From the NCBI RefSeq assembly GCF_009914755.1, contig NC_060925.1: DNA of 64,000 nucleotides; one strand, 5' to 3'. Position 1 is the first letter of the stretch. The number at the start of each line of letters is the position of its first letter. The translations under genes were made by a program, and so were the position numbers. The notes under the pieces were generated by a model. It was not told where the DNA came from. It ran no database searches and saw only the letters and a list, made by a program, of their open reading frames with translations. This document shows positions 53,631-64,000 of this stretch, in pieces. The stretch comes from the human T2T-CHM13v2.0 reference genome, Homo sapiens.

Positions 53631-55251
53631 CGAAATGTCACCCTTCCTGATGTTACATCTCCACTTCCAAATGTTCACTGTCAATAGTTTAGCTAATTTG
53701 GTAATCATCAATTAATGAATATGTGTAGGAGTTTTCTCTCTTCTAAATTACATTAAAATGTTTGATTAAAAATAATTGAATATTAATTATTTTGGTAAAA
53801 GGGGGATATAATTTTTCAGAAATCAGTAACTTGAATCTTCTTTTAACTTATATGGGATCAATGAATCAGAAGCAATGATGTATCTGACAGAAAAAATAAA
53901 GAACATAGGAGACAAACTAAGTATTCATCAAGCCTTCCTGAAAAAGAACACATACATTTTCTCCCACGAAGAAATGCCTTTTATTGTCTTTTTTTTTAAC
54001 TATTAAGACGTTAGCAATAAAATATAGCTTAAATAAATGGATCAGTAGAATATACTATATTGCCACGAATTTAATTTTTCTGAATTGTAAACTCCCGTCA
54101 AACAGGTTGTACAGGTGGATATGTTGAAAACAATCTCATTTAAACACATACTTGTTAAAGCAATTAAAGGCAGATTCAGTTGGATTAGAGAACATAATTC
54201 TGAAGAAGTATGCTAAAGTTAAATGAAAAGTTCTGAAAATAAGTTCAGTTGTCCATTAATTGCAAAGGTCCAATTTCCTGAAGCTATGTTAAATACCCAA
54301 GCTATGATTTTTAAACACCTCAAAGAAAATTTCTACATAAAAAGGCATGTTTATCTTTTATGACATGTCTATTTAAAGGTTAATATGACCATATTTATTA
54401 ATGACCAGGTTTATTCCAAATAGCAAAGAAAAAAAAAAACAGTGAGCAAGTATTTGAATAATTCAAGTTAAAAAAATATCTTCACTTTGATCTCAAGCAT
54501 GTATCTAACTCAGGTGAAAGCAAAGGCAGTTTTAGCTAGAACTACCTGGAGAATTGAAGAGGGAGTAATCCTGTCCCACAGAATCCAAACATATCTGGTT
54601 CATGTGCTGTTATTGTAAGGAAATTTGAGAAATACAGCAACTGAAACCAACCTGTTGAAGGTGACCAAGAACTGGATGAAAGTAAATGCTTTTATTTTAT
54701 GTCAAAATGAAGTGAGATATTGGAGGGCGCAGAAGACTTTGGAGGTTGTATACGTATTCAGTGGTCAACTTCTAAAAATGCTCAGCCAGAATACAGCCCT
54801 GAACATATGGCTAATACATAATCGGAGAATTCTATTTCTTCACTTAAGGGGAAAAATTTGAGTTCAAATTGGTGAGACCTAATAGAAAAGTATCAAGTTA
54901 ATTGAAATTCCTTGTCAAAGAGTCACTTAGTTCTCTGGGTTCTCCCTAATTCCTTCCCTCCTGACATCTGGGTTTCAGGCCTCAGCTCTTTGCCTTGAAA
55001 TGTGTAAATTTGATGATCAAATAAAATCCTGGAAGGAGACTATACTCAGTTCCTCTAGACACTGACCTCTTAGAAAAAGAAATCCCAATAAGGGAGGGCA
55101 CAAGATTAGGAAGACCCCATTGCTGGAGCTCTGGAGTTGCTGACCCAAGAAAGATGATGTTGGGGATCAGAGTGGAAAAGGAGGGAGGAAAGGAATTGTT
55201 CCAACTTTTAGGAAAAGCTTAGCCATTGCCTTCATCTGTCCATGCTCAGTA

Positions 55252-55392
55252 ATTTTATTTTTTTAATTTTGTAGAGAGGGAGGTCTCACTGTGTTGCTCA
55301 GGCTGGTCTCAAACTCCCAGAGTCCAGTGATCCTCCTGCCTTGGCCTCCCAAAGTGCTGGGATTACAGGTGTGTGACACCTTGAGCTAGGCC
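55252..55392 (-). mobile_element. Alu left monomer (FLAM_C-like)
   Basis: 'ggtctcactgtgttgctcaggctggtctcaaactcc...cccaaagtgctgggattacagg'. Confidence 0.85.
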
Positions 55393-56692
55393 AATTAATT
55401 CCGTATTCTAGTCAAAGGTCTAGCTGGGAAAAGGGAGAGGAACAACTGGGATTGGTTCTCAGGCCATTTTAGTACCCAGATGACACAGCCATGCTGGTAG
55501 AGAAGGAAGGACGGTGGCTGAGGAATTGCAAGTGGGATTGAGAAAGGTGGGGAATTTCAAGGCTCATAAAGTTATCTTGGTCTGGGATGGTTCAAGCTGA
55601 TTATCGCATCCCTGGCAACTTAGCAGCCAGTGGCACCACGAAAAACACAATTTAGGAACTGTCAAGAGATTATGCTCTGATTATTGGTAAAATGGTGGCT
55701 GCCACTTATAACCATGATCTAAGGTCGGTCGTCTAAGAAAAGCAGGGCCTGTATGCAGATGGGCACAGGTACCCACTTCTGTCCAATTCCACGTGCATGG
55801 ACACTCTCTTGTTGCTTCTTCTTGGGGGTTACAGGTGCATGGTTACCCCGTCCTTGCCTCGTTTTGGGGGTTACAGGTCACAGATCTGAAGTATTTCTAA
55901 GAGGACAATTCCTCTTTCTGCCATTTTCCAGAGTTGCTTGAAAACGAGCTAATTTGGAGGAAATGAAATTTCTTCTTTCTTCACTAACTGATTTGGAAAC
56001 AAATGGGCCTCTCCGTTCTCTGTCACCACCTCCCTTCCATACCCCGAAAGTTTCTTGTCTAGTTTTGTCTACATGGTGGAAATGTCATCTTTACTCGCAA
56101 GGAGAAAGAGAACTTGGGGTCCTTCCTATCTAGAGCCCCAGACTGTGAGGAAAGACCCAGGGCTCTAGAGGTCAGGCCACAGAGGCCTAGCGCGGGAAGG
56201 ACAGGCCAGAAAGAAGCCTGCTGTTGGGAGAGCGAACTAGAAAGCTATGGCCAGCATTGCCGCATAGAGAGCTGAGCGAGTGAGTCTCACAGCCAGAGCA
56301 AGTCACTTTCCTAAGCGACGGAAGCTCCCGAATTTTAAGATCCCGTCAAAGGCGGGAAAAGCCCTAATGCTTCACAAAATTCTTGAAAGCGGAATGAATG
56401 ATTTAGACTACAAACACTATGCTCCCACCGCTACCCAGGAGCCTGGCGCCTAGCGCCCCATCTTCAGGACCCAGAGTTTATGCTAAAGTAAAATTGCCGG
56501 AGGTACTGGGAGCCCACGCTCGGGCCTTCTCCAACTTTGGCCAATACTTGAGCGACGCGTGTCATAGAAACATTTTGGGGATGGGGTATCTAAATGTGTC
56601 TGAGGGTCCTTGGCTAACTAACTCCTTCACTCTTGAAAGTCCTGGGCTTTTCAAACTGAACAAGGTGGAAAGAAAGACAGCTAGCAATGGTG

Positions 56693-56719
56693 TTTTCCTT
56701 TTTTCTTTCTTTCTTTCTT

Positions 56720-56754
<35 letters not shown>

Positions 56755-56850
56755 CTAACTGTGCTTTTACTTTGAGTCTTTTCCTTCTCTCTTTTCCTCA
56801 GTACTTCTGCCTTTCTTACTTTGACCTGTTCTCTCCTTTCCTTCCCTTCC
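56693..56850. repeat. (TTTC)n/(TC)n polypyrimidine tract
   Basis: Read directly from the sequence. Confidence 0.9.
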
Positions 56851-58600
56851 CATTAGGGCTTAGGGCAAAGATCAACAGCTAAGATAAACCCTCAACCAAA
56901 GAGCTGAGCGCATTTACAGTTGGGGAATGGGGCTGAGAGATACTGAGACATCGCACCTCCAGCACCTGAATTCCAACATTTAGAGGTCAGAGCCACCGGT
57001 TTCTGCCTATGAAGATGTACTAAGTTTCGCATCTACCCATATCCCCGAATGTGGCCCAGAGTTAGTGGCAGAAACTTGTTTCTGCTTTTAACTTTGCAGT
57101 TGAGTTTTGGAAAGCGGTTTTGGGAGGGCCAGGTTGAGAATCTGGGCAGCTCCGGGCCAGATGCGGGCGCCCCGGGTCCTGTCTGAACCAGACTGCTGCT
57201 GCAATGTGAGCTCGGGAGGGAACTGGGGATGCGAGCTGGGAACAGACCGCGCTCCAGCCCCCATGGTTTGTGACGGGGAACTTCGGGCGCACACACCCTG
57301 GGGAGTAGGTCTCCTCCAAATGGCACCGACACAGACTGGCGCTGGATCTTCTCTCCCTGCTAATCTATCCGCAAAGACCGCCTGGGCACTTTTGGGGGAA
57401 TGTGGCCAAAAGGGGACTCTAACTGCGACATCTACAGAGGAAGGAGAAACTGGTGGTGCCTAAGAAGTTGATCTCGATGCGCGCAGTGAGGGCACAGGGC
57501 CCTGCGCGCCAGAGAAGCGAAGCCAGCGGTCTCCACTTACTTGTTCTTAATTCCTCCCTACCCCCGCTCTGGCCTCTCATTTTCGGCCTCATGGATCCAA
57601 GACCCGAGGTTATTTTCAGTCACAACTTTCTCCACACCCCGTACCCCCAAAAGTGTACCTCAGCTCAGGCGGGAAAGGGCACTTTGACCCGCCGTGCGCG
57701 AGTTTCCAGCCAGCCGCTGCGCGCCTGAGAGAAAGAGCGCCTGGCTGCGGCTCCGAGCGCACAGCTCTTCCCCGCGTGTTTGGCGCGGCTACGTTTCTCT
57801 TGCTCCGGGCTGAGGCTCGAGGAACCTCGCCAGCCTGCTGTGGTCCCGTCCCCTTGACGTTTGATTTCTAAAACCGCATAGTCTGCGGCTCTGGCATTTA
57901 GAAAAAGAGGACAAGGTCAAGGCCTGTGGACCGACCGCCGCGATCCGCTTGCACCTTTGCTCTCACAGCAAGCGAGTCCTGGCCGCAGCCGCTGGAAAAA
58001 GGTGCCGCAGCGCCCAGTTTACCTGGAATTCAGGGACCTGACCCTGACTCTATTTCCGGCTAGTCCCAGCCTCTCCTTCCTCTCCTTTCCCCGCTTTCCG
58101 CCCAGGGCGGTTCTGAGATTTTGATTAAGAGAGATCTGTCCCCGCACCGCAGAGGGATGGTGCCAAATGGCCAGGCTTCCTGGGCACTGCGTCCTCATTC
58201 CCAGGTCAGAGCTACTGCGAAAGGAAAGGTCTCCATCTGGACGCACCTCGTCCCCTCCCCCAGCGCGCGGGGCAGCCCTCTAGGGCCAGCTCGGGCACGC
58301 GCTTTTCCCCCTCCTCACCCCCTGCTCCGCCCAGCCCCGTACAGTTTTATTCTTTATGAAACACACACGCCCACCCCGCCTCCCACGTAAAGGCCAGTCT
58401 TGACTCATTTTGCGCCCAGATGCAAACTCAGCTGGAAGTTGAGGGTAGGGCCAAAGAGGTGAGGGGAGGGTAAGAGATACAGCGAAATAGAGAATGAGAA
58501 GGGAGAAATCAAAGGGGGAGGAGGGACAAGAGAAAGCGTGTGGAGCTGGAGGTTGAAGGGGCAGAGGCGGAGGCCAAGGACTGAGCAAGGGGCGCGCGCG

Positions 58601-58637
58601 CGGCGGCGGCGGCGGCGGTGTTGGCGGCGGCGGCGGC
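58601..58637. repeat. Interrupted trinucleotide repeat (CGG)6-TGTT-(GGC)5
   Basis: Read directly from the sequence. Confidence 0.95.
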
Positions 58638-58915
58638 AGGGCGGCTGCACCTCCTCCCAGCCTTTTCGCCCGCGCGCGCGAAGCGGGGTCAGGCGCGGAC
58701 CCACATTCACCGACTGCAGAACTGTTTTCTTTGCCACTACCAGAGGGTGTTTCGGGGCTCCCCACGGTCTTCTCCCTGGCTGCTTGCCGCGTGAGAGCAG
58801 AAATAAAACAAAACAAATCACGGGACACGACGGAGTCGGGCCGCTGGGCGCCTCCGGGATCGCTCTCACTTTGCACTCGGAAGCGGGCGCGGGGATTCGG
58901 GCTGCCGCGTGTAGC

Positions 58916-58925
58916 CTATAAATAG
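58916..58925. promoter_or_regulatory. TATA box / MEF2-consensus site CTATAAATAG
   Basis: Exact match to YTAWWWWTAR, containing TATAAATA, at the edge of a CpG island; function inferred only. Confidence 0.45.
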
Positions 58926-60325
58926 CAAACTTTTTGACCGAAGCAACTAACAAATAAGAGGAGCAGGCGTGCATTTTGCTCAAGATCCCCCCTTTTCTGG
59001 GGACGACCTTACTCCCACCCCCGCCCCCTTTGCAGTAGTTGTGAGGGGATAGATTGGGAGAGAGAGATGAAATTTAATTTTATTAGAATTTACAGTAGTG
59101 GTGTTAATTTTTGCGGAAGGGGGTAAGAATCTCGCCATTTATCTGACCTTCTCTACCCACCTACCTTTGCTACCCTTCTCCCCCACCCAACAACTGGCAC
59201 TGGATGGGAAGGGCAAAGAGCGGAGCTCCCAGGGAGGGTGGCTGTTGAAGACAGGGGGCGGAGGGCGATCCGGAGCCGGGTTTCTCTCTGGGAGTACCGG
59301 AGTGAGTGGGAGGGAAAGGGAAAGCAACGCCAGGAGTTGGCGTTTTCCTGAGGTACTGGGACAGGAATTTAGGTAACCCAGAATTTTAGATGGAAGTGCG
59401 AAAGGTGAGTGCGGAAGGCACAAAGGAGTTCCTGCAGTGCAGATTTCCTTTCCCAGAAGCGACAATAACCCACTCAGCAACTTTACTTCAACCCTAGGCT
59501 CTGGCCTACCGGGAGGGCAAACGCGGGCACCCGGGTCACGTCATCGCTTGCTTGGGGGCGCCAGCTCTAGCGTAAGCCTGAGCTGCGAGATAGCTCCGTG
59601 GGGTTTTGCCATGGGGTCTTGCTTACTAATCACCCCGCACGCCCTCACCCCTGTCCCTGGACGCCCTTTTGCTGCACCCGCTCACATCTGCAGACCCAAC
59701 GGATGGGATCTACTTGACTGAGATTCCTGAACACAACTTACTGCCCGCCCTTCCCCTTTCCTTTTGGCCAGGCCGGATTGTGGGTGGTGATTGGCTCAGT
59801 AGGATTTTCATTTTCATTCTAGGTGCTTCCTTAAAAATAAAGCCCCCCGAATATAACAGACACTCGCTCCATACACCAAACTTCCCAGTTCCTGAGGTTG
59901 CTACGCTAAATTTATCCTGAATGTCGCACAGAAACCAGGGTCAATAGGACGATCAGCACGGATGGGTGTGGGGATTGAGGAAATTGGAGATATTGCAGCT
60001 GACGCCAGGTACCGGGAGAGGAGAGTCCGCAGATGCAGGGACGTTGCTCTGCTCCTCTTTGGACGTTCTCTGCCTCAGTGTCAGGCCTGCGAAATGGGAG
60101 TCAAGCCCGTCCCGTGGGCCTAAAGCGACTAGTAGCTGGGGGGGAGGGAGCCGGAGGACAGTGGTGCTTTTTCTTTCCAGTGCCCCACCTCTGCCCAATG
60201 CCAGCAGCCAGTACACTACACAAGAGGTCAAACGCCTAACCTCTACTAGTACCCCAAAGGGCAAAAACCAAACAGGGTCCCCCATGCAGTTTATGTAGTG
60301 GCGTTGCTGACCCAATCGCGCCTTT

Positions 60326-60390
60326 CCTAACACCGCTGCCCACCAGTTACCTCCTCCTAAGACCGCTTCCCACTAGTTACCTCCTCTTAA
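60326..60390. repeat. Tandem duplication, period 30
   Basis: caccgctgcccaccagttacctcctcctaa / gaccgcttcccactagttacctcctcttaa (4 mismatches). Confidence 0.9.
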
Positions 60391-60429
60391 ACGCAAAAGT
60401 TACTCTGTCCCAGAATCCAGTTTGGAAAG

Positions 60430-61520
60430 AGTGGAAAAATGCAGAAATACTAAGGGGGCTCAGGCAGTAGCTCCCCCTGCGGGGTGTGCCCACCGCCCAT
60501 GGCTCCACGCAGGCGTTTGCGCGCGTCTCCCTTTCCAGCCCCCGCGAAGACCGCGCCTGGGGCTCGAGAGCTGACGGACTGCCCTTTCCAGGCTGCCCCA
60601 AGGGCCTGGGAGGCTGCGGTACCGCCTGTCGGTCCCGGTCCCGAGCGCGCTTGCTTAAGAGTTCTCAAAGACGGGGTTGGAAGCAGTACAGACGTCCCCG
60701 GTTATCGCTGCCGGGCTTGTGCGCCCCACGCCACCTACCTGTCCGGCCTTCCCGCTCCAATTGCTGACCCGTTTAGGGAGCCCGGCCTGGAGCCCGCCGC
60801 CTCCAGAGGAGCCCGCCCTCGCCCTCCCCCGCGCGCCTCCGCTCTCTGGGACGCCTGGCCAAATGCGGGGCGGTCTCTCGCGGGCCATTGGCTTGGGCCA
60901 CCGTTCCGAGTCAGCTCCTAGGATTTCCCCAGGCTTTGCGGCCCCTTTGTGGGTCTAGGCCAGCGCCTCACCTTGCACCCTATTCCACCTCCAGTCCCCT
61001 TAGGTGCCCCCGCATCCCTCCTCCAGAGTCCAGGCTTTGAAACTGCAGCAACTCCGCAAAGAAAGCCTTTGGGAAAACCTCCTAGAGGGCCGAATGTGGA
61101 GGTCGGGTGGGTGGGTGGGTGGGTACTCGCGGCATTTCTCAAGGTTCTGGGTGTTCGTAACTAGGGGAACAGGCCCTATGGGGGCAGAAATGACAGACGC
61201 ACGAACAGCGTCTCTGTGGCTGTCTGCAGCGCGAGGTTCACGTCTATTGTTTTATGCCTCCGGGAGAGCTACCCCGCGTGATAGATCTTTTCAGATCCAT
61301 CACTGGAAGAAAAACCCTGGTGATAACGATTATCTCCCGCTCGCGCTATCTCGCCATCGCCCCAATTCATCTCCCTCTGGCTCTAGCCCCTTGGGGAGAC
61401 GAGGAGGGCGAGGCGCTGGCAGGAGGACCGGCCAAGCCGCTGTCCTCGGATGGAGAGGAGAGGGAGAGGCACGAGGCCACCTCATTCGTCCCTTTCCGCT
61501 TCGGGCTGGGGAGACAGGAC
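60430..61520. promoter_or_regulatory. CpG island segment with GC box and CCAAT box
   Basis: Dense CpG; GGGGCGG at 60867-60873 and ATTGG at 60887-60891. Confidence 0.8.
61105..61123 (+). other. G-quadruplex motif (GGGT)4GGG
   Basis: Five GGG tracts separated by single T. Confidence 0.85.
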
Positions 61521-62689
61521 ACCGAGGGTTTCTTTCTGTCTCTGCCAAGCCTCACGCTTCTTTCAAATGATTTTAGCCTGGTGCTACGGTCTATCCATAT
61601 ACATTTCCAATCTCATGGCTCATAAACTATTAGCAAAATGGTTTCATTATTCACCTTCTGTATCCTACAAAAGGGAGAAAAGAAAGGAGCGGGAGGAAGG
61701 CACAGTGGGGGCGGGGGACAGTCGTCGGACACTAGTTAACAATGATGCCTCCGGTGTTTAAATCATAGCTCAGACTGCTTTCTTCAAGCCGACACTCAAC
61801 AAATCTGGTCTGTTTCCAAGGATCTGTAGCCGACCCCTTCTCCCCCTCCCCCTCTCCTCTCTGTCTCTCTCTCCATCCATCACTATCCATCTCTCCTTAA
61901 TACTTGGTATTCTGGAAGGACCAGATGAATAGCGAGATACTGCAAATCCATTATTTGCTTCATTAGGTGTCATCAATAAGGCACGCCCTTTAGATACGAC
62001 ACACATAATTAATTGGTTAGATTTGCTATCCCTGGCCTCCTTTTGGGTGGTGTTGGTGATGGGATCATGTGGCATCCCTGAAACCATGTTAAGACAAAAG
62101 TCTAGGTTGATAACCAAGAAGTTGACTTAGAGATCGGTGTGGCCTTAAGGTGCCCAACTCGGCACCAAGTCCTCATCTGGCTTCTGCAAGTGGGGAAGTT
62201 GCAATGAACGATGTGTGGGAGTGTGGGTGAATGTGGGCGTGCATAGGAGCGCCTGCCCCTGTGAATGTGTATAGGCAGGAGAATGAGGCGGGTTGGGCCG
62301 GGGGGTGCTAACAGATTTCAGAGAGAGGGAAGATGCAGTCAACAGCTCTTACTCAAGGTCTTTGGTGGATTCTGAGAAGTGTAACACACACACATACATA
62401 CACACAGTCAACCCAAATGAAAACACAAATAGAAGCAAAGTGACACATGGAGGCCTGAGAACCTAGGGCAAAGGGCTAAATAAGGCAGAAAACTGCGGGC
62501 AGGCGGGAGCTGGCAGATGCAGCCTTGGGCCAGTGGAACCTGGACCTGCTCCTCCGATGAGGTCGATGATGATATTAGGTGTCTCCGCGAATACTGTTAC
62601 TTTTCATATAAATATTTTTAAATCTAGAATGACTATCACTCCCCCTCCAATACATACGTACTCTTCCCCTGAACTTTTTGAAAATATAA

Positions 62690-63360
62690 AGGACGCTAGG
62701 CAAGTGAGCTTGCGGTAATTATCCCTGGATAGAGAAACCAATCTGGCTGGGAGAGGCCCCTCTGCAATTGCCGGCGGCGGCGGCGGTGCGCGGGCCCGCG
62801 CAGAGGCCGGGGACTTCGGGCGCTTGCTAGGTCACCGCGCCGGGCGACCGCCGCTCGCCGGCTATTTAATATACATGGGGTGGGAACGGAGCGAAGCGGA
62901 TCTCCGAGCCTGCCTGTCCTGCAGAAAAAAAAAATCAATTTGCTATTTATTTTTGAAATATATAGATTTAGGGAATGTTTTTTCCAGCTCGACCCCCTTC
63001 AAGAATGGCGGCCCACATTTAATTACGTCTTTTAATGACTTTTCCCTTATTTGCCATCGCTATTCCACGTTAAGGGCGGGGGCGGGGTGGAGTTTCTTTG
63101 GGGGGTTTTCAATTCTGGTATCTTCAAAAAGATTTGCCTTATGTGTTAATTGCATGCTGTTAAGCACATCTGGGACTGTGTGCTGACCAACTCAGACCAA
63201 CTTTTAATTAACACATTGACCCGGAGAAGAAGCAGCCGCCCAGCCTCCCCCTCTAAATATGTATATTAGCCACGCGGAGGCGGCTCGGCCCGCGCCGCCA
63301 GATGCAAGCAAGGAATTGCCTGCGTCGAGGGGCGGGAGGGGGTGCAAATTGCAACGGTTC
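62690..63360. promoter_or_regulatory. CpG island segment interleaved with AT-rich homeodomain-type motifs
   Basis: (CGG)5 at ~62772, GC boxes at 63074-63087, TAAT motifs at 63019-63210. Confidence 0.75.
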
Positions 63361-64000
63361 TCTCTCTTTCTGTGAGCGTTTTTTCTCGCCTCACCTCTAG
63401 GAAAACAACAAAGAAAAAGAGTAAATGACCGGCTCCTGAATCAGGCTTCTTACATCCTTTAGGCGTGACTTGACCCCAGGCAGGGGGCTTGGAGGAATGG
63501 GAGGGAAGGCCTGCTAGAGCTATTTTCTAACCAACCTGCCTTGGGCCTGAGTGACGACTCCAGCCTGGGCTCTTGGAGTGGACCGAATTCTACTAATGAA
63601 TATGGGAATGCCCTAGGATCCTGGTGGAAGGAGAGAACGAGCCACTGATTGCCTTTTGCGGTTCTGCTCTTCCTCCTTCCAACCTCCTCGCCTTTGCCGG
63701 AGGCTCTCCGAGGCTAAGCCACAAACTCTAGGGCTCCGGGTCCCAGAAAAAGGAATACTTGTGTTCCCCCCTCCCCCACCCCTTCGCCGTATCCCTGCTT
63801 GGAGCACGCTGTAGTCAAGATAGGGTAACGGAAATGAGTGGCTATTTTTAGGACTCCAGGCCCTTTCCCAGAGGTCTAGGCTATTCAGGGGTGATATTTA
63901 GCAAAGGCCAGTCAAACTCATGTTGGAGGGATAAATAAACCTGGAGCACAGCAGAGATGATGCCGCCTGCAGATATGCAATTTCACCCTAAGTAATTTCA

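Larger units (their letters stand above)
57100..58980. promoter_or_regulatory. CpG island, promoter-like
   Basis: Dense CpG, (CG)5 tracts, CGG repeat and a TATA-like box. Confidence 0.88.

Noticed and set aside
58280-58983. Longest ORFs (198 aa, 192 aa, 127 aa) with poly-Pro or poly-Arg runs
   Set aside because: These are overlapping frames across the CGG/GC-rich island where stops are rare; no recognisable domain, and they begin at non-ATG starts
60377-61761. Many overlapping ORFs on both strands
   Set aside because: Expected from GC richness; no similarity to any protein family I recognise

Overview
Primate, almost certainly human, non-coding genomic DNA. It carries AluY/S/J, MST and MLT1 MaLR LTRs, L1, L2, MIR and MER5-type elements. 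I find no credible protein-coding exon, RNA gene or CRISPR array; the listed ORFs are Alu-, repeat- or GC-derived. The layout resembles the regulatory landscape beside a developmental transcription-factor gene. A small orphan CpG island (~12.65-13.3 kb) sits in a ~6.5 kb block with no transposon I recognise. A patchy CpG-island cluster runs from ~56.2 kb to the right edge and holds a TATA/MEF2 box, an interrupted CGG repeat and a G-quadruplex motif. Several AT-rich, homeodomain-motif-dense candidate enhancers lie in between. The arrangement recalls the interval upstream of FOXD3 (LINC00466 5' end) on 1p31, but that is an unverified guess. I cannot claim a new biological system. The most unusual directly visible signals are three short local copies of nearby sequence (95 bp inside an Alu, 48 bp, and a 21 bp inverted copy), a pair of interleaved inverted repeats at 56.1 kb, and a PBX-HOX/MEIS motif cluster at 50.2 kb. 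Boundaries of old repeats are approximate and subfamily calls are by eye.
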